From NCBI GenBank assembly GCA_002269645.1, contig NIVC01001326.1, positions 114,841 through 178,840 on the forward strand: DNA of 64,000 nt. The letters run 5' to 3'. Of this stretch, positions 23,601 to 33,589 are shown piece after piece (position 1 is the first letter of the stretch; every line of letters starts with the position of its first letter). The DNA comes from Macrostomum lignano. Lineage: Eukaryota. The notes under the pieces were generated by a model, which did not search any database, was not told the DNA's origin, and was given only the letters and a program-made list of their open reading frames with translations. The translations under genes were made by a program, and so were the position numbers.

Positions 23601-26600
23601 AATCTTGTTCGGAAATCCTGTCTAGGAAATCTTGTTCGGGAAATAATGTCTGGGAAATACTTCCTAGGAAATCCCGTCCGGGAAATCCTGTCTGGGAAAT
23701 GCTGTTTGGGAAATCCTGTCTGGGAAATCATGTCTGGGAAATGCTGTTTGGGAAATCCTGTCTGGGAAATCATGTCTGGGAAATCATGTCTGGGAAATCC
23801 TGTCTGGGAAATCTTGTCTGGGAAATCCTGTCTGGGAAATCCTGTCTGGGAAATCCTGTCTGGGAAATCATGTCTGGGAAATCATGTCTGGGAAATCCTG
23901 TCTGGGAAATCATGTCTGGGAAATCTTGTCTGGGAAATCCTGTCTGCGAAATCCTGTCTGGGAAATCCTGTCTGGGAAATCTTGTCTGGGAAATCCTGTC
24001 TGCGAAATCTTGTTCGGAAATCCTGTCTATGAAATCTTGTTCGGGAAATAATGTCTGCAAAATCTTGTTCAGAAATCCTGTCTATGAAATCTTGTTCGGG
24101 AAATAATGTCTGCGAAATCTTGTTCGGAAATCCTGTCTATGAAATCTTGTTCGGGAAAAATTGTCTGGGAAATACTTCCTAGGAAATCCCGTCTGGGAAA
24201 TCCTGTCTGGGAAATATTGTCTGGGAAATCCTGTCTGGGAAATCCTGTCTGGGAAATCCTGTCTGCGAAATCTTGTTTGGAAATCCTGTCTATGAAATCT
24301 TGTTCGGGAAATAATGTCTGCGAAATCTTGTTCGGAAATCCTGTCTATGAAATCTTGTTCGGGAAAAATTGTCTGGGAAATACTTCCTAGGAAATCCCGT
24401 CTGGGAAATCCTGTCTGGGAAATCTTGTCTGGGAAATCCTGTCTGGGAAATCCTGTCTGCGAAATCCTGTCTGGAAATCCTGTCTATGAAATCTTGTTCG
24501 GGAAATAATGTCTGCGAAATCTTGTTCGGAAATCCTGTCTAGGAAATCTTGTTCGGGAAATAATGTCTGGGAAATACTTCCTAGGAAATCCCGTCTGGGA
24601 AATCCTGTCTGGGAAATCCTGTCTGGGAAATCCTGTCTGGGAAATCATGTCTGGGAAATACTGTCTAGGAAATCCTGTCTGGGAAATCTTGTCTGGGAAA
24701 TCCTGTCTGGGAAATCTTTTCTGGGAAATCCTGTCTGCGAAATCTTGTTCGGAAATCCTGTCTAGGAAATCTTGTTCGGGAAATAATGTCTGGGAAATAC
24801 TTCCTAGGAAATCCCGTCCGGGAAATCCTGTCTGGGAAATGCTGTTTGGGAAATCCTGTCTGGGAAATCATGTCTGGGAAATGCTGTTTGGGAAATCCTG
24901 TCTGGGAAATCATGTCTGGGAAATCATGTCTGGGAAATCCTGTCTGGGAAATCTTGTCTGGGAAATCCTGTCTGGGAAATCCTGTCTGGGAAATCCTGTC
25001 TGGGAAATCATGTCTGGGAAATCATGTCTGGGAAATCCTGTCTGGGAAATCATGTCTGGGAAATCTTGTCTGGGAAATCCTGTCTGCGAAATCCTGTCTG
25101 GGAAATCCTGTCTGGGAAATCTTGTCTGGGAAATCCTGTCTGCGAAATCTTGTTCGGAAATCCTGTCTATGAAATCTTGTTCGGGAAATAATGTCTGCAA
25201 AATCTTGTTCAGAAATCCTGTCTATGAAATCTTGTTCGGGAAATAATGTCTGCGAAATCTTGTTCGGAAATCCTGTCTATGAAATCTTGTTCGGGAAAAA
25301 TTGTCTGGGAAATACTTCCTAGGAAATCCCGTCTGGGAAATCCTGTCTGGGAAATATTGTCTGGGAAATCCTGTCTGGGAAATCCTGTCTGGGAAATCCT
25401 GTCTGCGAAATCTTGTTTGGAAATCCTGTCTATGAAATCTTGTTCGGGAAATAATGTCTGCGAAATCTTGTTCGGAAATCCTGTCTATGAAATCTTGTTC
25501 GGGAAAAATTGTCTGGGAAATACTTCCTAGGAAATCCCGTCTGGGAAATCCTGTCTGGGAAATCTTGTCTGGGAAATCCTGTCTGGGAAATCCTGTCTGG
25601 GAAATCCTGTCTGCGAAATCTTGTTTGGAAATCCTGTCTATGAAATCTTGTTCGGGAAATAATGTCTGCGAAATCTTGTTCGGAAATCCTGTCTAGGAAA
25701 TCTTGTTCGGGAAATAATGTCTGGGAAATACTTCCTAGGAAATCCCGTCTGGGAAATCCTGTCTGGGAAATCCTGTCTGGGAAATCCTGTCTGGGAAATC
25801 ATGTCTGGGAAATACTGTCTAGGAAATCCTGTCTGGGAAATCTTGTCTGGGAAATCCTGTCTGGGAAATCTTTTCTGGGAAATCCTGTCTGCGAAATCTT
25901 GTTCGGAAATCCTGTCTAGGAAATCTTGTTCGGGAAATAATGTCTGGGAAATACTTCCTAGGAAATCCCGTCCGGGAAATCCTGTCTGGGAAATGCTGTT
26001 TGGGAAATCCTGTCTGGGAAATCATGTCTGGGAAATGCTGTTTGGGAAATCCTGTCTGGGAAATCATGTCTGGGAAATCATGTCTGGGAAATCCTGTCTG
26101 GGAAATCTTGTCTGGGAAATCCTGTCTGGGAAATCCTGTCTGGGAAATCCTGTCTGGGAAATCATGTCTGGGAAATCATGTCTGGGAAATCCTGTCTGGG
26201 AAATCATGTCTGGGAAATCTTGTCTGGGAAATCCTGTCTGCGAAATCCTGTCTGGGAAATCCTGTCTGGGAAATCTTGTCTGGGAAATCCTGTCTGCGAA
26301 ATCTTGTTCGGAAATCCTGTCTATGAAATCTTGTTCGGGAAATAATGTCTGCAAAATCTTGTTCAGAAATCCTGTCTATGAAATCTTGTTCGGGAAATAA
26401 TGTCTGCGAAATCTTGTTCGGAAATCCTGTCTATGAAATCTTGTTCGGGAAAAATTGTCTGGGAAATCCTGTCTGGGAAATCATCTCTGGGAAATACTGT
26501 CTAGGAAATCCTGTCTGGGAAATCCTGTCTGGGAAATCTTGTCTGGGAAATCCTGTCTGCGAAATCTTGTTCGGAAATCCTGTCTAGGAAATCTTGTTCG

Positions 26601-29600
26601 GGAAATAATGTCTGGGAAATACTTCCTAGGAAATCCCGTCCGGGAAATCCTGTCTGGGAAATGCTGTTTGGGAAATCCTGTCTGGGAAATCATGTCTGGG
26701 AAATGCTGTTTGGGAAATCCTGTCTGGGAAATCATGTCTGGGAAATCATGTCTGGGAAATCCTGTCTGGGAAATCTTGTCTGGGAAATCCTGTCTGGGAA
26801 ATCCTGTCTGGGAAATCCCAACTGAGAAATCAGTCCGCTTATACCAGATCCCGTCTGAAACTGTTATTGCGCCCAGGTTTCTGCAAAGAAGATTAATGCG
26901 AGCCTGCGGCTTTCTTATTGAGGGACTTTATTATCAGATTAACGAGGCTATTTCTTTCTATTCACCGCCGGAATCATGATTTTTTCTTGAGAGAATATTC
27001 CCTAATCCTCGCTTTATGATTTCATATTTTAAACTGCTCTAATTGTGAGCGCTGATAAATGAGTCGAATAAAACGATTCATTATCTCGGACTAGAACGGG
27101 GAGAGGGACGGACTTTGTGGATCCCGTGACTCCATTGGGCAGTGGCGTACGCAGAAAATTGTATTTGAGATTGGGGGGTCCGAGCCTCAGGGGCGCCAAT
27201 ATATTGGGTGTCTTGTAGTGGGCGCCCCCGTTTTTTAGGTTGACAGCCCCTGTCTCTTAGGTGGCCGGCCCTGTCTCTTAGGTGGCCGGCCCTGTCTCTT
27301 AGGTGGCCGGCCCTGTCTCTTAGGTGGCAGCCCCTGTCTCTTAGGTGGCCACCCATGTCTCTTAGGTGGCCGCCCCTGTCTCTTAGGTGGCCGGCCCTGT
27401 CTCTTAGGTGGCCACCCCTGTCTCTTAGGTGGCCGGCCCTGTCTCTTAGGTGGCCGGCCCTGTCTCTTAGGTGGCCGGCCCTGTCTCTTAGGTGGCCGCC
27501 CCTGTCTCTTAGGTGGCCACCCCTGTCTCTTAGGTGGCCGCCCCTGTCTCTTAGGTGGCCGGCCCTGTCTCTTAGGTGGCCGGCCCTGTCTCTTAGGTGG
27601 CCGCCCCTGTCTCTTAGGTGGCCACCCCTGTCTCTTAGGTGGCCGCCCCTGTCTCTTAGGTGGCCGCCCCTGTCTCTTAGGTGGTCGCCCCTGTCTCTTA
27701 GGTGGCCACCCCTGTCTCTTAGGTGGCCGGCCCTGTCTCTTAGGTGGCCACCCCTGTCTCTTAGGTGGCCGGCCCTGTCTCTTAGGTGGCCGGCCCTGTC
27801 TCTTAGGTGGCCGGCCCTGTCTCTTAGGTGGCCGGCCCTGTCTCTTAGGTGGCCGCCCCTGTCTCTTAAGTGGCCGCCCCTGTCTCTTAGGTGGCCACCC
27901 CTGTCTCTTAGGTGGCCGCCCCTGTCTCTTAGGTGGCCGCCCCTGTCTCTTAGGTGGCCACCCCTGTCTCTTAGGTGGCCGGCCCTGTCTCTTAGGTGGC
28001 CGGCCCTGTCTCTTAGGTGGCCGGCCCTGTCTCTTAGGTGGCCGGCCCTGTCTCTTAGGTGGCCGGCCCTGTCTCTTAGGTGGCCGCCCCTGTCTCTTAG
28101 GTGGCCGCCCCTGTCTCTTAGGTGGCCACCCCTGTCTCTTAGGTGGCCGGCCCTGTCTCTTAGGTGGCCGGCCCTGTCTCTTAGGTGGCCGGCCCTGTCT
28201 CTTAGGTGGCCGCCCCTGTCTCTTAGGTGGCCACCCCTGTCTCTTAGGTGGCCGCCCCTGTCTCTTAGGTGGCCGCCCCTGTCTCCTAGGTGGCCGCCCC
28301 TGTCTCTTAGGTGGCCGGCCCTGTCTCTTAGGTGGCCGGCCCTGTCTCTTAGGTGGCCGGCCCTGTCTCTTAGGTGGCCGGCCCTGTCTCTTAGGTGGCC
28401 GGCCCAGTCTCTTAGGTGGCCGGCCCTGTCTCTTAGGTGGCCGGCCCTGTCTCTTAGGTGGCCGGCCCTGTCTCTTAGGTGGCCGGCCCTGTCTCTTAGG
28501 TGGCCGCCCCTGTCTCTTAGGTGGCCGCCCCTGTCTCTTAGGTGGCCACCCCTGTCTCTTAGGTGGCCGGCCCTGTCTCTTAGGTGGCCGGCCCTGTCTC
28601 TTAGGTGGCCGGCCCTGTCTCTTAGGTGGCCGGCCCTGTCTCTTAGGTGGCCGGCCCTGTCTCTTAGGTGGCCGCCCCTGTCTCTTAGTTGGCCACCCCT
28701 GTCTCTTAGGTGGCCGCCCCTGTCTCTTAGGTGGCCGCCCCTGTCTCTTAGGTGGCCGGCCCTGTCTCTTAGGTGGCCGGCCCTGTCTCTTAGGTGGCCT
28801 TCCCTGTCTCTTAGGTGGCCGCCCCTGTCTCTTAGGTGGCCGGCCCTGTCTCTTAGGTGGCCTTCCCTGTCTCTTAGGTGGCCGGCCCTGTCTCTTAGGT
28901 GGCCGGCCCTGTCTCTTAGGTGGCCACCCCTGTCTCTTAGGTGGCCGGCCCTGTCTCTTAGGTGGCCGCCCCTGTCTCTTAGGTGGCCGCCCTGTCTCTT
29001 AGGTGGCCACCCCTGTCTCTTAGGTGGCCGGCCCTGTCTCTTAGGTGGCCGGCCCTGTCTCTTAGGTGGCCGGCCCTGTCTCTTAGGTGGCCGGCCCTGT
29101 CTCTTAGGTGGCCGGCCCTGTCTCTTAGGTGGCCGGCCCTGTCTCTTAGGTGGCCGCCCCTGTCTCTTAGGTGGCCACCCCTGTCTCTTAGGTGGCCGGC
29201 CCTGTCTCTTAGGTGGCCGGCCCTGTCTCTTAGGTGGCCGGCCCTGTCTCTTAGGTGGCCGCCCCTGTCTCTTAGGTGGCCACCCCTGTCTCTTAGGTGG
29301 CCGCCCCTGTCTCTTAGGTGGCCGCCCCTGTCTCCTAGGTGGCCGCCCCTGTCTCTTAGGTGGCCGCCCCTGTCTCTTAGGTGGCCGCCCCTGTCTCTTA
29401 GGTGGCCACCCCTGTCTCTTAGGTGGCCGGCCCTGTCTCTTAGGTGGCCGGCCCTGTCTCTTAGGTGGCCGGCCCTGTCTCTTAGGTGGCCGGCCCTGTC
29501 TCTTAGGTGGCCGCCCCTGTCTCTTAGGTGGCCGGCCCTGTCTCTTAGGTGGCCGGCCCTGTCTCTTAGGTGGCCGCCCTGTCTCTTAGGTGGCCGGCCC

Positions 29601-32600
29601 TGTCTCTTAGGTGGCCGGCCCTGTCTCTTAGGTGGCCGGCCCTGTCTCTTAGGTGGCCGGCCCTGTCTCTTAGGTGGCCGGCCCTGTCTCTTAGGTGGCC
29701 GCCCCTGTCTCTTAGGTGGCCACCCCTGTCTCTTAGGTGGCCGCCCCTGTCTCTTAGGTGGCCGCCCCTGTCTCTTAGGTGGCCACCCCTGTCTCTTAGG
29801 TGGCCGGCCCTGTCTCTTAGGTGGCCGCCCCTGTCTCTTAGGTGGCCGCCCCTGTCTCTTAGGTGGCCACCCCTGTCTCTTAGGTGGCCTTCCCTGTCTC
29901 TTAGGTGGCCGCCCCTGTCTCTTAGGTGGCCGCCCCTGTCTCTTAGGTGGCCGGCCCTCTTAGGTGGCCGGCCCTGTCTTTTAAGTGGGTGTCCCCGTAA
30001 AATAGCTACTTTGTTTTATTTACAATTAGAAAGCTCAAAATAGGTGAGATGTTGTGAATTGAGTGCAAAATAATACTGTAAACTTCTTACATCCCGCAAA
30101 TGCATTTTGTAGCGAGAACAAGCCTTCAAAGTGAAATAAGCAAGATCCTGTTATTTCTTTAGCTGCCCATGATTGGAATTTACATGACCGCGCCGAGCAC
30201 CCGATGTGGCGACACCCTCCAACCCTTTGGGAGGCGCTCTCAGCGCTCTCGAGAGTGAGCAGTGCGCGGTCACAATGCTGAGATTGATTGGGTGGGGAGC
30301 CACCTCCCCCCGGATCTCCTCAAACTTATCCGAGCCACCACTTCTCCCCTAAACGCCCCGAGAGTTCTTCCCTTCGATCCAGCCAGCACGCCAAGGGTCG
30401 GGCAAGGAGGAGCTCGCGCGATAAAAAATAACCAGTGTGTTCCTTCTTATCCCTTCCTTAGACTTCTCTCTTTTTTGCAGTTTTTTTCTCTATACGACCT
30501 CCAGGAGGAGCAGCCGGGGTTCTCACTGGCGATAATTGAAGAAATGCTGGTTCCCTATAGATAACATAATGCGATAGACAAATTTTGGCGGTTACTTATG
30601 AACTGCAAATGCACCTGGTGGGGTTTTTAATTAAAAAAATGCATAATGGCAACTAATGCTTCGTCAGTCAGCCATTACATTTTTATCGGGTTGGAAAATA
30701 ATACTTTCGAGTTGTTCACGAGACTCACTCTTTAAAGAGTTGAAATCCACGAGAATCACTCTTTAGAGAGTTGAAATCCGTGAGAATCACTCTTTAGAGA
30801 GTTGAAATCCATGAGAATCACTCTTTAGACAGTTGAAATCCATGAGAATCACTCTTTAGAGCGTTGAAATCCATGAGAATCACTCTTTAGAGCGTTGAAA
30901 TCCATGAGAATCACTCTTTAGAGAGTTTAAATCCATGAGAATCACTCTTTAGAGAGTTTAAATCCATGAGAATCACTCTTTAGAGAGTTTAAATCCACGA
31001 GAATCACTCTTTAGAGAGTTGAAATCCATGAGAATCACTCTTTAGAGAGTTGAAATCCATGAGAATCACTCTATGAGAATCAATCTCTGATAATTACTTT
31101 GAAGAATCACTCTGGAGAATCACTCTGGAGAATCACTCTGGAGAATCAATCACTCTGGAGAATCACTCTGGAGAATCACTCTGGAGAATCACTCTGGGGA
31201 ATCACTCTGGGGAATCACTCTGGAGAATCATTCTATGCGAATCACTCTGGAGAATCACTCTGGAGAATCACTCTGGAGAATCACTCTATGAGAATCACCC
31301 TGGAGAATCACTCTGGAGAATCACTCTGGAGAATCACTCTGGAGAATAATTCTATGAGAATCACTCTGGAGAATCACTCTGAAGAATCACTCTGGAGAAT
31401 CACTCTCTAATAATCACTCTGGAGAATCATTCTATGAGAATCACTCTGGAGAATCACTCTGGAGAATCACTCTGGAGAATCACTCTCTAATAATCACTCT
31501 GGAGAATAATTCTGGAGAATCACTCTGGAGAATCACTCTGAAGAATCACTCTGAAGAATCACTCTGGAGGATCACTCTGAGAATCACTCTGAAGAATCAC
31601 TCTGGAGAATCACTCTGGAGAATCACTCTGAAGAATCACTCTGGAGGATCACTCTGAGAATCACTCTCTGAGAATGAGACTTTAAAAAATATGTCTAAAG
31701 AACTCATCCGGCACAACAGGGGGGGGGGCACACGCGTCACTTGTCGGAAAAATGAATATGCTCGCATTAGACCCAATATAAGATCCGAGCTCGGGAAGTC
31801 ATCGAGTCGCCAGGGGCCGAGTCGGGAGTCCCAGCGGTTGGCCAGCTTGAGCAGCTCTGACGATCTTTCCCCATGGGATCGGCGGCCGTGAGGAGCCGGA
31901 GTGGTCCCCTGGCCGCTGTTCCCCATTTTCCTCCCTAATTCCTTTGCCTTCTCTCCCTCTTTCTTTCGAATGCTTCGCCTTTAACAGGACGCCGCACCGA
32001 CCCCGGGGAGAAGGCTGGACAGCGGCTTCATCGCTGCTTTGAATAATTGCAATTTGGCCCCGGCTGAGAAGGCTGGCGGGCGGCAGATGCTAGCGAAAAT
32101 ATGAGGAGAGCCATTTTTCTCAGCGATGTGGAGGAAGGGGCGACTCTCGTGTCTCCATTTTTTTCTTTCCCTTGCTTCCTTCGGGAAATTTAGGCGACCA
32201 AAAATCGACTCGACAAATTTTGAGTCACGTGATTCGCTAGGGACAGGAGACTCAGTAATTTGGCAACGGATCACTTCGGCGTCAGCTAATTTATTGCTTC
32301 CAAGCCAGGTTGACCGAGCCAAAATTTATGATCTTAAAGTGACTTCCTATTTGAAGAAGAGAGATTCTTCGAACACCCGGAATCACTCTAGTCATACCCG
32401 GGATCCTTTAGAACCCCTCTGGGGAAACCCCTCTGGGGAAACCCCTCTGGGGAAACCCCTCTGGGGAAACCCCTCTGGGGAAACCCCTCTGGGGAAACCC
32501 CTCTGGGGAAACCCCTCTGGGGAAACCCCTCTGGGGAAACCCCTCTGGGGAAACCCCTCTGGGGAAACCCCTCTGGGGAAACCCCTCTGGGAAACCTTGA

Positions 32601-33049
32601 AAATGTAGCAGAAATGACTCACCGTAGACGAACAGGTAGATGGTGCACTGATCCTTGGCCTCGCCGGGATCCTCAACGCGAAACTTCACGTAACACCGGT
32701 AGACGCCCTGGTCGCTGACCCGCACATCCTTCAGCTTCAGGCTGGCCTCCGAATACACCGATAGGCGGCCAACAAACTCGGTGGCAAGCGTGGGCTCGAA
32801 GGACTCAAACCTGTCGAACACGGCCTGCTGCAAGCCGTCACGGCGCCACTGCACCTGGTGCGGCACCAGCACGTTGGCGTTCGCCGGGTAGCGGAGCTGG
32901 CATTCGAACAGCACGTCGCTGCCAACGGCCACCTCCTTGGCAATCTGGCGCCGAGTCCGCGACAGCAGCGGCTGCATGGCGTGGCCCAGCCGACCGGCTT
33001 GTAGAAGCAGCAGCAGCGACAGCAGGAGCAGCAAGCCACCCGGAGCCAT
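8636..33049 (-). CDS. IGSF9: Turtle/IGSF9-type cell adhesion receptor (signal peptide, 5 Ig, 2 FN3, TM, cytoplasmic tail), at least 7 exons
   Basis: Exons (minus) 33049-32623, 16872-16567, 16049-15501, 14841-14391, 13313-13003 (NAGNAG alternative 13316), 9704-9474, 9279-(8636 or donor 8848). All joins GT-AG and phase-consistent. Ig motifs: C..W..DQGVYRC, GGLFECQASN, DTGWYRCVPSN, DSGRYQCLVNN. FN3: PYNLT..HLSWMPGYDGG. TM: LWAMLACAAVAVSLAVAVLLW. The 3' end is uncertain, and orthology rests on domain architecture and Ig1 similarity only. Confidence 0.8.
9330..9430. repeat. 17-bp minisatellite, receptor intron 6
   Basis: GGACTGAGGTGGGTGTC, ~5 copies. Confidence 0.9.
9735..11565. repeat. 20-bp minisatellite (TCACTCCACTGTCTCCCATG)n with embedded reverse-complement (AGTGG)n blocks
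   Basis: Direct reading; purine-rich blocks at ~9845-9895, 10041-10106 and 11195-11245. Confidence 0.95.
12040..12960. repeat. 20-bp minisatellite (TTGGCGCCACTGGGATAGTT)n, receptor intron 5
   Basis: Period 20, ~45 copies, degenerate at the left end. Confidence 0.95.
13350..14310. repeat. 11-bp satellite (GGAATCTCACT / TGAATCTCATT), receptor intron 4
   Basis: Direct reading; degenerate. Confidence 0.9.
14860..15510. repeat. 23-bp and 33-bp tandem arrays, each unit containing the exon-3 donor CAGA|GTGAGT
   Basis: 33-bp units with donors at 15500 down to 15203 (10 copies); 23-bp units with donors at 15180 down to 14881 (14 copies). Confidence 0.95.
16150..16557. repeat. 24-bp minisatellite (TTAGATTTTAGCGCCACATCATCC)n, receptor intron 2
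   Basis: Period 24; begins ~10 nt from the donor at 16566. Confidence 0.95.
16890..17205. repeat. 11-bp satellite (GGGATGTACTG)n next to the exon-2 acceptor
   Basis: Period 11 with G/A variants. Confidence 0.95.
17835..19760. repeat. 32/31-bp minisatellite (GTGACAGAATGCGGGATAGTCACTGACAAGA)n
   Basis: Heterogeneous 32-bp units on the left, homogeneous 31-bp units from ~18480; ~60 copies. Confidence 0.95.
20083..20158 (-). CDS. Candidate alternative first coding exon (signal peptide) of the IGSF9-like gene
   Basis: MKLFRRLQFLLLLAGCVNCSDGVDF followed by a phase-1 G|GTGAGT donor compatible with the exon-2 acceptor at 16872. Confidence 0.5.
20845..21210. repeat. 30-bp minisatellite (CATTCTAAATGGAACAGCAGGTGGGATGTA)n
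   Basis: Period 30, ~12 copies. Confidence 0.95.
21846..22040. repeat. ~52-bp tandem repeat, ~3.5 copies
   Basis: TCGTGAGGT..AATGTACAT..GGGGAAGAG..AAATCGATATTA unit starts at ~21846, 21898, 21950 and 22003. Confidence 0.85.
22675..26815. repeat. 14-bp satellite (GGGAAATCCTGTCT)n with 208-bp and 1140/1154-bp higher-order repeats
   Basis: Identical ORF-track entries recur at 23423/24563/25717, 23368/24508/25662 and 23646/24786/25940; 208-bp offsets at 22897/23105, 24106/24314 and 25246/25454. Confidence 0.95.
27245..29985. repeat. 21-bp GC-rich minisatellite (CCTGTCTCTTAGGTGGCCGGC)n, ~130 copies
   Basis: Period 21; variants GGC/GCC/ACC/TTC; a few 20-bp units shift the frame. Confidence 0.95.
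30720..31670. repeat. 31-bp array grading into a 13-bp array sharing GAGAATCACTCT
   Basis: GAGAATCACTCTTTAGAGAGTTGAAATCCAT (30720-31075), then GAGAATCACTCTG (31100-31670). Confidence 0.95.
32410..32595. repeat. 14-bp perfect array (AAACCCCTCTGGGG)n beside the exon-1 donor
   Basis: ~13 near-perfect copies. Confidence 0.95.
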
Positions 33050-33589
33050 TATTCGCCCAATCGCTACCTTACTACTGTAGCGGCCTTGTCCGCGAACTCT
33101 AAGCCGGAGACTGATCGGATTTATTAGCAGGCGGATTAGTCAAACAAACTGCATATCTCAGCCCAGCCTCCGGCGCAGAGCGGACTCCGAACTCAGCAGC
33201 TTTCTAAGCATCCCGGAGGGTCGGCGGTGTGTCCGGTGCAAACAGGAGGTGCAAAAAACACAGCAGGAGGCCGGGCATTGGACGGGGGTGGACCGGAGCC
33301 GGTAGCCCATTGGCCGGTGGCCCTGCTGGAACTTTGAGCTATACAGGATGGCTGGGATTTTAATCCCTCCGGCCCCTGAAAAGAGCACCGATGCTTGTTC
33401 TGGTCGCTTTCAGTCTTTAATTGTACAAGCGGTGAGCACTGCTCACAAGACAGGAGACAATGCTCAGATTGAGTCCTTGCAGTTTTACAACCCCCAACCC
33501 CTCGGGGACACTTTTATAGGGAATTTATTGGGGATTCAATTTTAAGCGGAAATGCATTAGAGGTAGTGGGGTTGCTAGGAACTTCAGAT

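Noticed and set aside
27355-30043. 744-aa and overlapping ORFs of LSLRWPA / CLLGGRP repeats
   Set aside because: Translation of a stop-free 21-bp intronic minisatellite, antisense to the host gene, with no unique coding flanks.
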